A stretch of 64,000 nt of DNA from Atribacterota bacterium (GTDB lineage Bacteria > Atribacterota > Phoenicimicrobiia > Phoenicimicrobiales > Stramentimicrobiaceae), in assembly GCA_040767965.1 (NCBI GenBank), contig JAXGNR010000006.1, positions 32,001 to 96,000 on the forward strand, given 5' to 3'. The position numbers and the translations under genes are program-made. Of the stretch, positions 10,221 through 19,999 are shown piece by piece. The notes beneath the pieces are model-generated. The model searched no databases and was not told the origin of the DNA. It saw nothing but the letters and a program-made list of their open reading frames with translations. Position 1 is the first letter of the stretch, and every line of letters starts with the position of its first letter.

Positions 10221-10741
10221 TGACTTCTTTAAATAAATTCAAATTTCCTATTTTTCTCGGAGTGGTTTATCTAATTTTAATCTTTTGGCTTCCAAATGCG
10301 GCTGAAAGATCAATTTCAGTAGCGATTGATTATGCTAAAGAAATGGCTCTTATTATGCCTGCAGTATTTGTATTAATGGGGCTGATGGAAGTGTGGATTC
10401 CTAAAGATAAGATCCAGAAATGGCTAGGGAAAAGCTCTGGAATAAAAGGTATCCTTATTTCCTTTTTTATGGGAACATTACCAACCGGACCATTATATGT
10501 TGCCTTTCCATTAACTGCCTCTTTGTTAAAAAAAGGTGCCAGTATTACTAATATGGTTGTATTCTTAGGTTCCTGGGCTGCTTTGAAAGTACCCCAATTA
10601 TTATTGGAAATTAAATTTCTGGGAAGCTCTTTTACTCTGTTACGATTTATATTAACTTTTACAGCAATAGTATTGATTGGCATTGTAATGGAGTTATTTC
10701 TTAAAAAGAATACTGATAAAGTTTGGTTAAATTACGAATAA
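10220..10741 (+). CDS. Half-size permease (DUF318/ArsP-related), translationally coupled to the previous gene
   Basis: GPLYVAFP...LLKKGA and LEIKFLG motifs; TAATG overlap. Confidence 0.78.
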   Translation: MTSLNKFKFPIFLGVVYLILIFWLPNAAERSISVAIDYAKEMALIMPAVFVLMGLMEVWIPKDKIQKWLGKSSGIKGILISFFMGTLPTGPLYVAFPLTASLLKKGASITNMVVFLGSWAALKVPQLLLEIKFLGSSFTLLRFILTFTAIVLIGIVMELFLKKNTDKVWLNYE

Positions 10742-10854
10742 ACTTCTTTCTTGCTGTTAAAACCAGAAAAAAACTTATTTTTACAAAAAAAAGTGAATGT
10801 TTAATTATTCCAAATTTTTAGTTGTTTAATGTCAGCTTTTTAAGTTTATGGTAA

Positions 10855-12237
10855 TTATGTTAAACGAGTAAAAAGTAAGGTTGCAATTGCAAAATATATT
10901 GTTAAATTAATTACATCATTTATAGTTGTTATGAAAGGGCCAGCAGCGATGGCAGGATCAATCTTGAGGCGGGTAAAGATGATAGGTAAAAGAGTACCGG
11001 TAGTGGCTGCAAGTATTGCAGTAATAAAAGCAGATAATCCGATAGTGATCGATAGAATATAATTTCTCTGCCAGATGTAGGTAAATGAAAATATAATAAT
11101 ACTGGTTAGAAGACCTATAAAAAACCCAGTTCTGGTTTCTGCCCAAACGTTTCTCCACAGTTCATCCGTACTAAGCTGCCCGGTTGCCAGGCCTCTAACA
11201 GTAATTGTAGAAGATTGGGAGCCAATATTCCCTCCCATATCCATAATAATTGGGATAAAAAAAGCCAGGGCTATTACAAGTTGTAATATTGTAGTATTAA
11301 TTTCGATAACCTTTCCGGAAATTATTTGTCCAGCTACACAAACAAGTAGCCATGGCAAGCGGGCTTTTGCCCTTTGCAGAGAGGTTGCTTTGATTAGTCT
11401 ATCTTCATAAAACTCATTTGAACCAACCATCTTGTGAATATCTTCAGTTACCTCTTCTTCCAAAACATCGATAATATCATCTACAGTAATTATTCCAACC
11501 ATTTTCCCCTGTTTATCAACAACAGGTATAGCCAGCAAGTCATAATCAGAAATAACTTTTGCAACTATCTCCTGATCTTCTTTATCTGTTACGCTTATAA
11601 CATTTTCTTCCATAATTTCTGTAATATTTTTTTCAGGGTCAGCTACAATCAAATCTCTTAGAGACAATACTCCTATCAAGCGCTTTCTTTTGTCCAAAAC
11701 ATAAACATAATAAATCATTTCGGCTTCTAAGCTCATTTCCCGAATAAGTTTAATTGATTGTTCTGCAGTAAAGCTTTCCGGAATGGCTACAAATTCATTA
11801 TTCATGATACTCCCGGCAGTATTTTCTTCATAATGCATTAGCTGTTCAATTTCGCTAGCCTCTTCTTCAGGCATTAATTCCAGTAACTGTCTCGATTCTT
11901 CAGGAGTAATCTCAGTCAACAAATCAACAGCTTCATCTGTATCCATCTCTTCCAGGATTGCAGAAGCTTGTTTTTGATCCATTAATTTCAGCAAGTCAGA
12001 TTGTAATTCAGGAGAAAATTCAGCAATATATTCAGCTATTATCTCTGAATCTTCTATAATCTGGAATATTCTGATAATTTTTTCAGCAGAAAATTCTTCA
12101 ACAATTTCCCTGAAATCATTAGGGTGAAGATCTCCAATTAATTCTTTTATTTCTTCAGATTTTTGTTTTTCCAATAATTCTTTTATTTTTTGAATATAAA
12201 ACTGTTTTTCCATTTTTATCATCCTGGATAATGTCAA
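10855..12237 (-). CDS. mgtE: Magnesium transporter MgtE
   Basis: Acidic N-domain, tandem CBS domains, RLPWL, GGNIGSQS, DPAIAAGPFITTIND. True start is probably an ATG a few codons downstream. Confidence 0.96.
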   Translation of the reverse strand: MTLSRMIKMEKQFYIQKIKELLEKQKSEEIKELIGDLHPNDFREIVEEFSAEKIIRIFQIIEDSEIIAEYIAEFSPELQSDLLKLMDQKQASAILEEMDTDEAVDLLTEITPEESRQLLELMPEEEASEIEQLMHYEENTAGSIMNNEFVAIPESFTAEQSIKLIREMSLEAEMIYYVYVLDKRKRLIGVLSLRDLIVADPEKNITEIMEENVISVTDKEDQEIVAKVISDYDLLAIPVVDKQGKMVGIITVDDIIDVLEEEVTEDIHKMVGSNEFYEDRLIKATSLQRAKARLPWLLVCVAGQIISGKVIEINTTILQLVIALAFFIPIIMDMGGNIGSQSSTITVRGLATGQLSTDELWRNVWAETRTGFFIGLLTSIIIFSFTYIWQRNYILSITIGLSAFITAILAATTGTLLPIIFTRLKIDPAIAAGPFITTINDVINLTIYFAIATLLFTRLT

Positions 12238-12536
12238 ATAAATTTAATTATAACATCAATAATATTATAAACAAAATTCTAACTCTTGTATGTTAACTGG
12301 ATAATCTTTATTGTTCAATGATGCTTGGTAGTTTAAAAGTAAAATATTTTTTTGTTTTTCATGATCGATTTGTGGAGAATTTTTCTATGAATAATAAGTA
12401 TAATGAATAGTTAAGAAAATACTATTGATATGTTAAGATTGGAAACCGCTTTTCCTCAAGTCAGGTAAAAATTATTGCAGATAAACTTAAAGCTTCTAAG
12501 TTCTTAGATTGACTAATAAATAGAATGTTTTTAAAT

Positions 12537-12579
12537 TTATCCAGCCAATTCCTGCTATTAGTAGGGATTGGCTGGATAA
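12537..12579. terminator. Long stem-loop, probable terminator
   Basis: TTATCCAGCCAATTCCTGCTA / TAGTAGGGATTGGCTGGATAA inverted repeat. Confidence 0.6.
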
Positions 12580-12641
12580 TATCTCATGGTAATAATCCTA
12601 ATTTCAGTTGATTTTTTATAAAACTTTTTTGCTAATATCTC

Positions 12642-13172
12642 TTATTTTTTTCCTGTAAAAATTTTCCAATAATATTTTACATGCCATAGGGCGTGAAAGA
12701 TACCAACGAGACCCATGGCAATAGAAAACTCAACATGCCAGAATTTCCTTTCCCTTGTCGGGCTGATTTTCAAATTACTTGCCAATAATTTTCCTCCAAG
12801 GTATAAAAAAACAATAGCAAGACTAATTTCGATTAAATAGTAATGATTGATAGTTTTTTTCTGTTCGGAATTAACATCTACTTCCTGTTGTTCAGAAGCA
12901 TTGGCATTGATGAAAAATGTATTACTTATTGGCCCTGGATTATTCTGAGTTTGGTTATCTGCCCTCTCCACAGGTTTTGGTTGAGATAAATCACATATCC
13001 CGTCATTGTTTGTATCAGTATATCTACCACAATCACCTGGATAAAGGCAATCTTCTTCGCCAAACGGACACCTGTTCCAGGGTTGTGTGGTTGCCACAAA
13101 AGTAACTGAAAATAGAAAAATAAGCAAGGTAATAAAATAAAAATATAGCTTCTTCTTTTTAAATAATTTTAT
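12642..13172 (-). CDS. Membrane protein with Cys-rich/EF-hand-like N-terminal motif and a DUF4405-like His-containing C-terminus, possibly internally deleted
   Basis: CPFGEEDCLYPGDCGRYTDTNNDGICD and WHVEFSIAM...FHALWH. The frame is open up to ATA 13172 after an AAGGAAGGGA SD. Confidence 0.6.
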   Translation of the reverse strand: MKLFKKKKLYFYFITLLIFLFSVTFVATTQPWNRCPFGEEDCLYPGDCGRYTDTNNDGICDLSQPKPVERADNQTQNNPGPISNTFFINANASEQQEVDVNSEQKKTINHYYLIEISLAIVFLYLGGKLLASNLKISPTRERKFWHVEFSIAMGLVGIFHALWHVKYYWKIFTGKK

Positions 13173-13349
13173 CGAAATCCCTTCCTTATAAAAATTATTG
13201 TTCTAACAATTCCAATAAATAATACGAAAAAATTATCATTTTTCTTTCATATTGGTAAGATTTTAAGGAATCTTGAAATTGGAATGGCTCGTACAGAGAA
13301 GCAAAGAAGAAAAATAATGATAAAATTTGACCCGGATGGCAATACTACA

Positions 13350-13790
13350 TTCAAATCTTTTATAAAGAGATCTTATAGTAATTTCAACAGCAATAAAATA
13401 AGCAAAAAGTATTATTAATATCAACGCAATCACAACTGCTGGCAACTTCACAAATTCAAAATATTGTTTGCCAAAAGAAGTATTAATAAGAAATACTACA
13501 ATGACAGCTATAAATAAGAATATTGGAAATAACAGCTTGCTTGGCCTACTTTTGACAAAAAATAATCTTGTCCGTATGGAAAAGGTAATAAATATCTCAG
13601 ATAAAACTGTTTCACAAAACCATGCTGTTCAGAATATATGCGGCTCAACCCTTAAAATTAAAATCGATGGAATGATCAACGCCAATCAAAAAATATATAT
13701 TATCATATCTCAAAATACAGAATAAATTATGATATGAACCTTATATTCCAATATCCTGGTTTTATTAGAAATTTCTCATCCAATAATCTA
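13350..13790 (-). pseudogene. mgtA: C-terminal remnant of an MgtA-type P-type ATPase
   Basis: Manual translation DEKFLIKPGYWNIRFIS*FILYF...F*TAWFCETVLSEIFITFSIRT...KSRPSKLL...YFIAVEI, with stops and a frameshift. Confidence 0.75.
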
Positions 13791-14273
13791 TCAATAAAAA
13801 ACAGAAGATATCCAAACCCCGGCATAATGTGTTAGAATTATCACTATTATAGCAACAACCAGATGCTCCAGAACTACATTCCAGGCATTTGAATCTTGCT
13901 TACGGGATAACAAATAGCTTAATATAGATAACAAAGAAAGGCCTAATATCACACTAACGATTACGGCTGTTGGAAGATCAAAATATAATACAGGCAGAAT
14001 AAATAAAGAAGCAAAAATAAATTTAGCTAAAAAAGTGAAAATTGTTGATTGCCATATTTCTCTATCTGTATGCTTCCCCTCTGATTCTTCCGAGATATGA
14101 ATTCCTAAAGCATCTGAAAAGGAATCTGCTATCGCTATAGTTAGTATGCCACCAATAACTGTAACCTTGGACTGTGTCCCAGAACTCAACCCCACTATAA
14201 GACCTAATGTGGTAATAATACCTGAGGTAATTCCAAAAGAAAAACCTACTTCAAATGAATGTTTATTGATCAT
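13791..14273 (-). CDS. VIT1/CCC1-family membrane protein
   Basis: FGITSGIITTLGL and AIADSFSDALGIHISEESE motifs. Confidence 0.85.
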   Translation of the reverse strand: MINKHSFEVGFSFGITSGIITTLGLIVGLSSGTQSKVTVIGGILTIAIADSFSDALGIHISEESEGKHTDREIWQSTIFTFLAKFIFASLFILPVLYFDLPTAVIVSVILGLSLLSILSYLLSRKQDSNAWNVVLEHLVVAIIVIILTHYAGVWISSVFY

Positions 14274-14512
14274 ACAAATCCTTTATATATTTTTAATACA
14301 CAAGATATAAAATTAACATTATAGAAAATTTTTTGTAAACCAATTTTCTTTTATCTAACATCCTATTATATCTGCATTTTAATAATACACTATTTTTTTC
14401 AGCCTACAAAAATTAATTGTCTAATAAGTTTTTTATCTTCAAAGAAATTCATTACTGGATATAAGTCATTGTTAAAATAAACTGAACCTTAAATTTAAAT
14501 TACACTTTATTT

Positions 14513-15682
14513 TTAACTTTTTAAAAATAAACCTTTTGTCTTCCTGCATACTGATACCAGCATCAGCATAACCGGAACTTCAATTAAAACACCAACCACT
14601 GTTGCTAATGCAGCACCGGAAGCCAAACCAAAGATCATAGTAGCAGTAGCAATCGCTACCTCAAAATGATTGCTGGCACCGATTAGTGCTGAAGGAGCAG
14701 CATCTTCATAATTAAGCTTTAGTAATCTGGCTAACCCATAAGTAAGGAAAAAGATTAGATTGGTCTGAATGAAAAGCGGAATAGCGATCCATAAAATCGT
14801 CAGAGGCTGAGTTAAAATCACATCTCCTTTAAAGGAAAATAATAATACCAGGGTAAAAAGCAAGGCAATGATCGATACAGGAGTAAGTGTATGTAAAAAT
14901 TTCTCTTTGAACCATTGCTCCCCTTTTCTTCTGATTATCCATTTGCGGGAATAGTAACCTGCTACCAGGGGCAAGGCTACATAAATACTGATGGAAAGAA
15001 ATAATACCTGCCAGGGTACCGGCATCTTTCCTACTCCAAGTAAGAAGCCACCTAACGGACCATATAAAAATAACATGGAAAGAGAATTAATGGCTACCAT
15101 CACCAGGGTATGCCCGTCATTTCCTTTGGCCAGATAGCCCCATACCAGCACCATGGCTGTACAGGGAGCAATGCCCAGGAGGATACATCCGGCAAGATAA
15201 CTTCTCCAGAGAGGGATTTCCAGCATCCTGATACTTTCACTTAAGACAACGGTTCCTGCCCCATGTACCGAACCGACTGTCCAATCTACTCCCGGAGGCA
15301 GTTTCACCAGATCTGTTGCATCAACTCCAATCAGGTTTCTAAAAAGAAAGCCTAAAAAGAAGTAGGCAATCAGATACATGGTAAAAGGCTTGATAGCCCA
15401 GTTGGCAAAAAGAGTCAAACCAACCGGCTTGGGGGATTTTCCTGCCCTCAGCACTTCTGCAAAGTCAATCTTGACCATAATCGGATACATCATAAAAAAT
15501 AGGCAAATAGCAATGGGAATAGAGATGACCGGTGCACCGTTGATATATATCGCAATTCCATCCAGAAACTGAGCAGCCCCGGGAGCTACTTTACCAAAAA
15601 TAATGCCTGCTACAATACACAACAAGACCCAAACTGTTAAATATTTTTCAAAGATATTCAATCCGCCTTGATTTTCTTTCAC
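14513..15682 (-). CDS. acr3: ACR3-family arsenite efflux transporter
   Basis: [37 protein letters not shown] and GVLIEVP motifs; GTG start. Confidence 0.96.
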   Translation of the reverse strand: MKENQGGLNIFEKYLTVWVLLCIVAGIIFGKVAPGAAQFLDGIAIYINGAPVISIPIAICLFFMMYPIMVKIDFAEVLRAGKSPKPVGLTLFANWAIKPFTMYLIAYFFLGFLFRNLIGVDATDLVKLPPGVDWTVGSVHGAGTVVLSESIRMLEIPLWRSYLAGCILLGIAPCTAMVLVWGYLAKGNDGHTLVMVAINSLSMLFLYGPLGGFLLGVGKMPVPWQVLFLSISIYVALPLVAGYYSRKWIIRRKGEQWFKEKFLHTLTPVSIIALLFTLVLLFSFKGDVILTQPLTILWIAIPLFIQTNLIFFLTYGLARLLKLNYEDAAPSALIGASNHFEVAIATATMIFGLASGAALATVVGVLIEVPVMLMLVSVCRKTKGLFLKS

Positions 15683-15697
15683 GATACAGTTCCTCCT

Positions 15698-16399
15698 TTA
15701 AACACTCCAGATTAAATAAATTCCACCTAAAACAACTAAAACACCGCATATTTTTTTCACTATGACCATACTCCGCGAATCCTTATTCCAATTAAGATAT
15801 CTTTGAATTAACCTGGTAAAGGTTCCGGCAAAGACAATGACTGAACAGTGGCCAAACCCGTAAAATAGCAGCAGTAAAACTGCAAAAAGTAATTGCGTAG
15901 CTGATAAGGTAAAGACAATTCCTAACATAGGTGCCATATAGGCAAAAGTGCAAGGCCCCAGGGCAACACCAAAAATGAGTCCTAAAATAAAAGCAGCCAA
16001 GATTCCTTTTTTTTGGAACACCGGCTGATTGGTTTTCCCAATAAAGGGTATTTCAATAACTTCCAGCAAATGAAGACCTATTACAAAAAAGATTAATGCT
16101 ACAAAATAATTCCCGTAAACACCAACATCTCCCAGCATACGACCCATCAAACCGGTTATAAGGCCGATAACACCAATAGTTATTAATATTCCTACCGAAA
16201 AGGAAGTTGACAGCCAAAAAGCCCTTCTGGTAGTCATACGCCCTTGCTCTCCTATAAAAGCTACAATTAGCGGAATACTGGCCAGATGGCAGGGACTAAG
16301 CAATATACTCAAAATCCCCCAGACAAAAGAGGCAATTAAAGCAAAAAGATAACTGGATTGGAGTAAATTATTTAGCCATTCAAAGATTATTACTGACAT
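15698..16399 (-). CDS. ccdA: CcdA/DsbD-type membrane electron transporter
   Basis: LSPCHLASIP and LGPCTFAY Cys motifs. Confidence 0.9.
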   Translation of the reverse strand: MSVIIFEWLNNLLQSSYLFALIASFVWGILSILLSPCHLASIPLIVAFIGEQGRMTTRRAFWLSTSFSVGILITIGVIGLITGLMGRMLGDVGVYGNYFVALIFFVIGLHLLEVIEIPFIGKTNQPVFQKKGILAAFILGLIFGVALGPCTFAYMAPMLGIVFTLSATQLLFAVLLLLFYGFGHCSVIVFAGTFTRLIQRYLNWNKDSRSMVIVKKICGVLVVLGGIYLIWSV

Positions 16400-16821
16400 T
16401 ATTTAACACCCTGCTGTTGCAAAACCTTAACTACTTCTTCTTTAGGAAAAAATCCAAGATGACGGAAATATTCATTGCCGTCTTGATCCAGAAATACCTG
16501 AGTAGGTATCGCCCTGACCTTGTATTCCTGGACATAGGGTTTGCCTTCAGGTGTTTTAACGTCATGGAATACCACCTCTACCTGTCCTTTGTATTCTTCG
16601 GCAATCTCTTCCAGAATAGGTTGCATTTTATCACAAGGAATACATCCAACAGAGCCTAATTCCAGAAAAGTTACTTTTACCTCGCTATCTGATGAAATTT
16701 TTTCTTTCTGACTAATTTCTTTTGTTTCGCTGGGGCTATTGTTAAAAATTGTTTTGAATCCAAATATTGCCAACGAAATTAAAACTATGGATAGTATTAA
16801 AATAAGTTTTTTATTTTTCAT
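16399..16821 (-). CDS. Membrane-anchored/exported thioredoxin-family protein
   Basis: N-terminal signal/anchor; CIPC and IPTQVF motifs. Confidence 0.9.
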   Translation of the reverse strand: MKNKKLILILSIVLISLAIFGFKTIFNNSPSETKEISQKEKISSDSEVKVTFLELGSVGCIPCDKMQPILEEIAEEYKGQVEVVFHDVKTPEGKPYVQEYKVRAIPTQVFLDQDGNEYFRHLGFFPKEEVVKVLQQQGVK

Positions 16822-16897
16822 ATATTACACCTTTATTACACCTTGAACAGAAATAATTAAGTCTTGTTTTTGATTTACTACAATAACCTTCTTCCAT
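16811..16897 (-). pseudogene. 28-codon ORF with its own SD; probable stub of a DGC-type Cys-rich protein
   Basis: AGGAG-N6-ATG, MEEGYCSKSKTRLNYFCSRCNKGVIYEK*; contains an 11-bp tandem repeat at 16823-16844. Confidence 0.5.
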
Positions 16898-16917
16898 TTT
16901 AATCTCCTATTCATTTA

Positions 16918-17157
16918 TTAATTAGTTTTTTTAATCCAATCCTTAATTTCTTCTTTGCCGGGAATTTTGCCTGTCACTTTTACTTCTCCATTAATCACCA
17001 AAGCCGGGGTCATCATTACCCCATATTCGGTAATCTTATCCAGGTCTTCTACTTTTATGATTTCTGCCTCTATTCCCAGCTCTTCAACTGCCTGCTGGGC
17101 ATTTTGAAATGTTTTCTTGCATTTTGGGCAACCCATCCCTAAAATTTCTATCTTCAT
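16918..17157 (-). CDS. Small redox-active disulfide protein (thioredoxin-like)
   Basis: MKIEILGMGCPKC and YGVMMTPALVING motifs. Confidence 0.93.
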   Translation of the reverse strand: MKIEILGMGCPKCKKTFQNAQQAVEELGIEAEIIKVEDLDKITEYGVMMTPALVINGEVKVTGKIPGKEEIKDWIKKTN

Positions 17158-17184
17158 AATTTTTCTCCTTTAATCTTTATGAAT

Positions 17185-18366
17185 TTATTGAATTATATTT
17201 CCATAGACCATGCCACTTATCGTGGCCATAATAACAACTAAAGCAACATAAACAATGGTTTTCTTTGTGCCAACTACGCTGCGGATAACCAACATATTAG
17301 GTAAACTTAATGCCGGTCCGGCAAGTAATAGTGCCAATGCGGGACCCTGCCCCATACCTGAACCAATTAACCCTTGCAGTATTGGAACTTCTGTACAGGA
17401 AGCAAAATACATAAGAGCTCCAACAAAAGAGGCATAGAAATTCGCACTAAGTGAATTGCCTCCTACTAAAGAAGCAACAAAACGGGAAGGTATCAACCCT
17501 TCCTCTCCCGGTCTGCCTAAGAAAAGTCCGGCAAAAAAGATACCTAAAAAGAGCAAAGGCAATATCTGCTGGGTAAAACTCCAGGAGGATTCCAGCCAGG
17601 GTGCAATCTCCTGTTTTTGAAACCAGTTCATCAGGATATAGATGAATAAGAGAACAAAGGTAACTGCAAGATACCACTTGTACTGGAATATCAGAGCCCA
17701 TAAGCTCTGGTCTCCTGCCTGAGGCCTTGCCCAGTTGGCAAAGACCATAAAGCCAATCATGGATACAAAATAGAGAATATTCTGCAGACCCGTTCTTCCG
17801 TCAGTTTCACTTTTGCTCACACCAAACTTTAATTCTCCATTGGCTTGCCTTTCTTTTTCTTCGGAAAGAAAGATAAAATGCATACACAAGCCAATAATCA
17901 CACTGAAAATAATAGCTCCGATCGCTCTGGCTAAACCTATCTGCCAGCCTAATACCCGGGCAGTTAGGATAATGGCCAGGACATTTATCGCCGGGCCTGA
18001 ATAAAGAAAGGCTATGGCAGGGCCTAAACCTGCCCCTTTTTTATAGATGCCTGAGAACAAAGGTAATACTGTGCAGGAACATACTGTTAATATAGAACCT
18101 GAAAGAGATGCCACAAAATAAGCCAAAACTTTATTGGTTTTGGCACCCAGATATTTTAGAACTGCATTCTGATCCAGAAACTGATAGATGGCTCCGGCAA
18201 TCAGGAATGCCGGAATCAGACTGAAAATCACATGTTCTCTCGCATACATGTTCAGCATTGCCAGTGCTTCGAAAATCGGATTGCGGAATCCAAAACTATT
18301 CAATGGTAAAAAGTAGAAAAGTAGGAATCCACCTATTATTAAAAAAATTTTTAATTGATTTTTCAT
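17185..18366 (-). CDS. Permease (DUF318/ArsP-related) of the ars operon
   Basis: REHV, VCSCTVLP, SGPAIN and LAGPALSLP motifs; start reassigned to ATG 18366. Confidence 0.9.
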   Translation of the reverse strand: MKNQLKIFLIIGGFLLFYFLPLNSFGFRNPIFEALAMLNMYAREHVIFSLIPAFLIAGAIYQFLDQNAVLKYLGAKTNKVLAYFVASLSGSILTVCSCTVLPLFSGIYKKGAGLGPAIAFLYSGPAINVLAIILTARVLGWQIGLARAIGAIIFSVIIGLCMHFIFLSEEKERQANGELKFGVSKSETDGRTGLQNILYFVSMIGFMVFANWARPQAGDQSLWALIFQYKWYLAVTFVLLFIYILMNWFQKQEIAPWLESSWSFTQQILPLLFLGIFFAGLFLGRPGEEGLIPSRFVASLVGGNSLSANFYASFVGALMYFASCTEVPILQGLIGSGMGQGPALALLLAGPALSLPNMLVIRSVVGTKKTIVYVALVVIMATISGMVYGNIIQ

Positions 18367-18465
18367 TATTCTTTTACTCCTGTATCCCTTCTTACTGCTA
18401 ATAAAAACATAATTAGAATAAAAATTGTTTATATTTATAGCCATCAAGCTATCTAACAATAAAAA

Positions 18466-18816
18466 TTATCTTGTAAGTTTTTTGCAAAGAAACTCGCGGC
18501 AAGCTTGTTCAGCTTTTTCCCTATCTTCAATAATCACCGGATCTTCATTAATCCATCCGCTTAAAAGACCCATTAGTATTCTAGTATATTCATCCCCTTT
18601 GCGGTTAATAAAATATTCATTCCATAATCCATCCTGACGGCTGTCAATCAATCCTGTTTCTTTCATTTTTCTTAAATGCCTGGAAACGCTGGGCTGGCGA
18701 ATACCAAGTACATAAGTTAATTCACAAACACACATAGGTTTGTATTCCAATAACTTCAGGATTCTGAGCCGGTTTTTATCGGATAACATATCATGAATCT
18801 GGGATAATTTTTCCAT
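18466..18816 (-). CDS. arsR: ArsR/SmtB-family repressor
   Basis: MCVCEL...QPSVSRHL; AAGGAG SD before ATG 18816. Confidence 0.93.
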   Translation of the reverse strand: MEKLSQIHDMLSDKNRLRILKLLEYKPMCVCELTYVLGIRQPSVSRHLRKMKETGLIDSRQDGLWNEYFINRKGDEYTRILMGLLSGWINEDPVIIEDREKAEQACREFLCKKLTR

Positions 18817-18834
18817 AAATATACTCCTTGAATG

Positions 18835-18879
18835 TATAGCATGTTGGCTATATAGTAGCACTAAAATATTTTTTGTCAA
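18835..18879 (-). promoter_or_regulatory. ars promoter with probable ArsR operator
   Basis: TTGACA-16-TACTAT on the minus strand; palindrome TATAGC-N6-GCTATA at 18835-18852 just downstream of the -10. Confidence 0.65.
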
Positions 18880-19176
18880 TAGTAAATAGTAAATAAAATA
18901 TTAGCAAAAAAAACAAAATCAAAAATAATTTCAATGATCTTCTGTTTTGTTACTTTATAAATAAAGGCAAAAATAAACTCAAAAATAATTTTTCTTATTA
19001 TTTTAGTTGATTCTTATTCTGTTCAATAAACCTATTGTTATTGCATATTGCAGCAACTCAGGAAGAATAAATATGGGTTAAAACAGTTTAAGAGGAAATC
19101 TTTATTTTCAATCTGCCGATAACATATTAATCCTGAAGAATAATTATCACCTAAATTGAATAAAATCGATACAGGC

Positions 19177-19212
19177 AATACTCCCTATTTACAAAATTAA
19201 ATAGGGAGTATT
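19177..19212. terminator. Stem-loop closing the MarR operon
   Basis: AATACTCCCTATTT-N8-AAATAGGGAGTATT. Confidence 0.7.
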
Positions 19213-19268
19213 ATTTTTTGATAATTTCTCTGTGTTGTTGGGCTAAAAAATTCCTTCTACTTTTTTAA

Positions 19269-19708
19269 TTAACAGCACTGATTAGAATCACAACCACAAC
19301 TGCAATTTGATTGGGTCTTTGGTTTATTATTTTCGATACCCAGAATTTTATATACTGCTTCCTGATTGCTTTTGCCGGTACTTCCTCATACTCCTGACCA
19401 TCATAAATCACAGTACGACAGTAGGTTTCTGCCTCCAGGCAAGTTGAACATGATTCACAGTAATTTTCTGAAATCTCAATATTTAAAATATCTTCAATAG
19501 GAATTCCATTGAATAAAATTGTATTTGACTGTGGGATCTGAGTATCATCAAGTTTGGTTTCAAACCACTCTATATTAATACCTTTAGGTTGCAGTATTCT
19601 GTTTAATCTTTTAACTTCCTGATTAAGGTTCTCCCCTGTATCATAACAACGATTGCAGGTCTCTCCTTCTATATCAAGATGTTTCCATTCAATTTTAAGT
19701 GTTTTCAA
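19269..19708 (-). CDS. DUF2703-like thioredoxin-fold protein with one frameshift near 19360
   Basis: AGGAG plus TTG 19708; LKIEWKHLDIEGETCNRC, CESC, YCR. The shifted frame continues AVYKILGIE...SNCSCGCDSNQCC*. Confidence 0.75.
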
Positions 19709-19802
19709 TTTTTTTCTCCTTATATTTATATTAATCTCTTTTGTTTGTAAATCTCCCATAGAAAGTATTGAAAGGTTACAACTTTTTTCAATTAAAAACT
19801 TA

Positions 19803-19964
19803 TTAACAACAAGATTTTCCTTTATCTTTTGGTGAATCTTTTTCATTTTTATTATCACTTTGATTTTCAGTTATCTCTTCAATTTCTAAATTACAGCAAC
19901 ATGATTTTTTTTCTTTGCTGCTAAAAATACGACCAAACAGTCCTTTCTTTTCTATATTTTTCAT
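19803..19964 (-). CDS. 53-aa Cys-rich microprotein (not in the ORF track)
   Basis: AAGGAG SD, ATG 19964: MKNIEKKGLFGRIFSSKEKKSCCCNLEIEEITENQSDNKNEKDSPKDKGKSCC*. Confidence 0.75.
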   Translation of the reverse strand: MKNIEKKGLFGRIFSSKEKKSCCCNLEIEEITENQSDNKNEKDSPKDKGKSCC

Positions 19965-19999
19965 TTCACAACTCCTTATTTTAAATTTATTTTTTATCT

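Noticed and set aside
12240-12535. M-box (ykoK) riboswitch upstream of mgtE
   Set aside because: No recognisable conserved M-box sequence; the region is AT-rich and a -10-like element lies close to the gene
19020-19075. NKPIVIAYCSNSGR, resembling a rhodanese or ArsC active-site remnant
   Set aside because: Too short and has no supporting flanking similarity
19709-19858. Long N-terminal extension of the DUF2703 ORF in the track
   Set aside because: It overlaps the 53-aa microprotein in another frame; the SD points to TTG 19708
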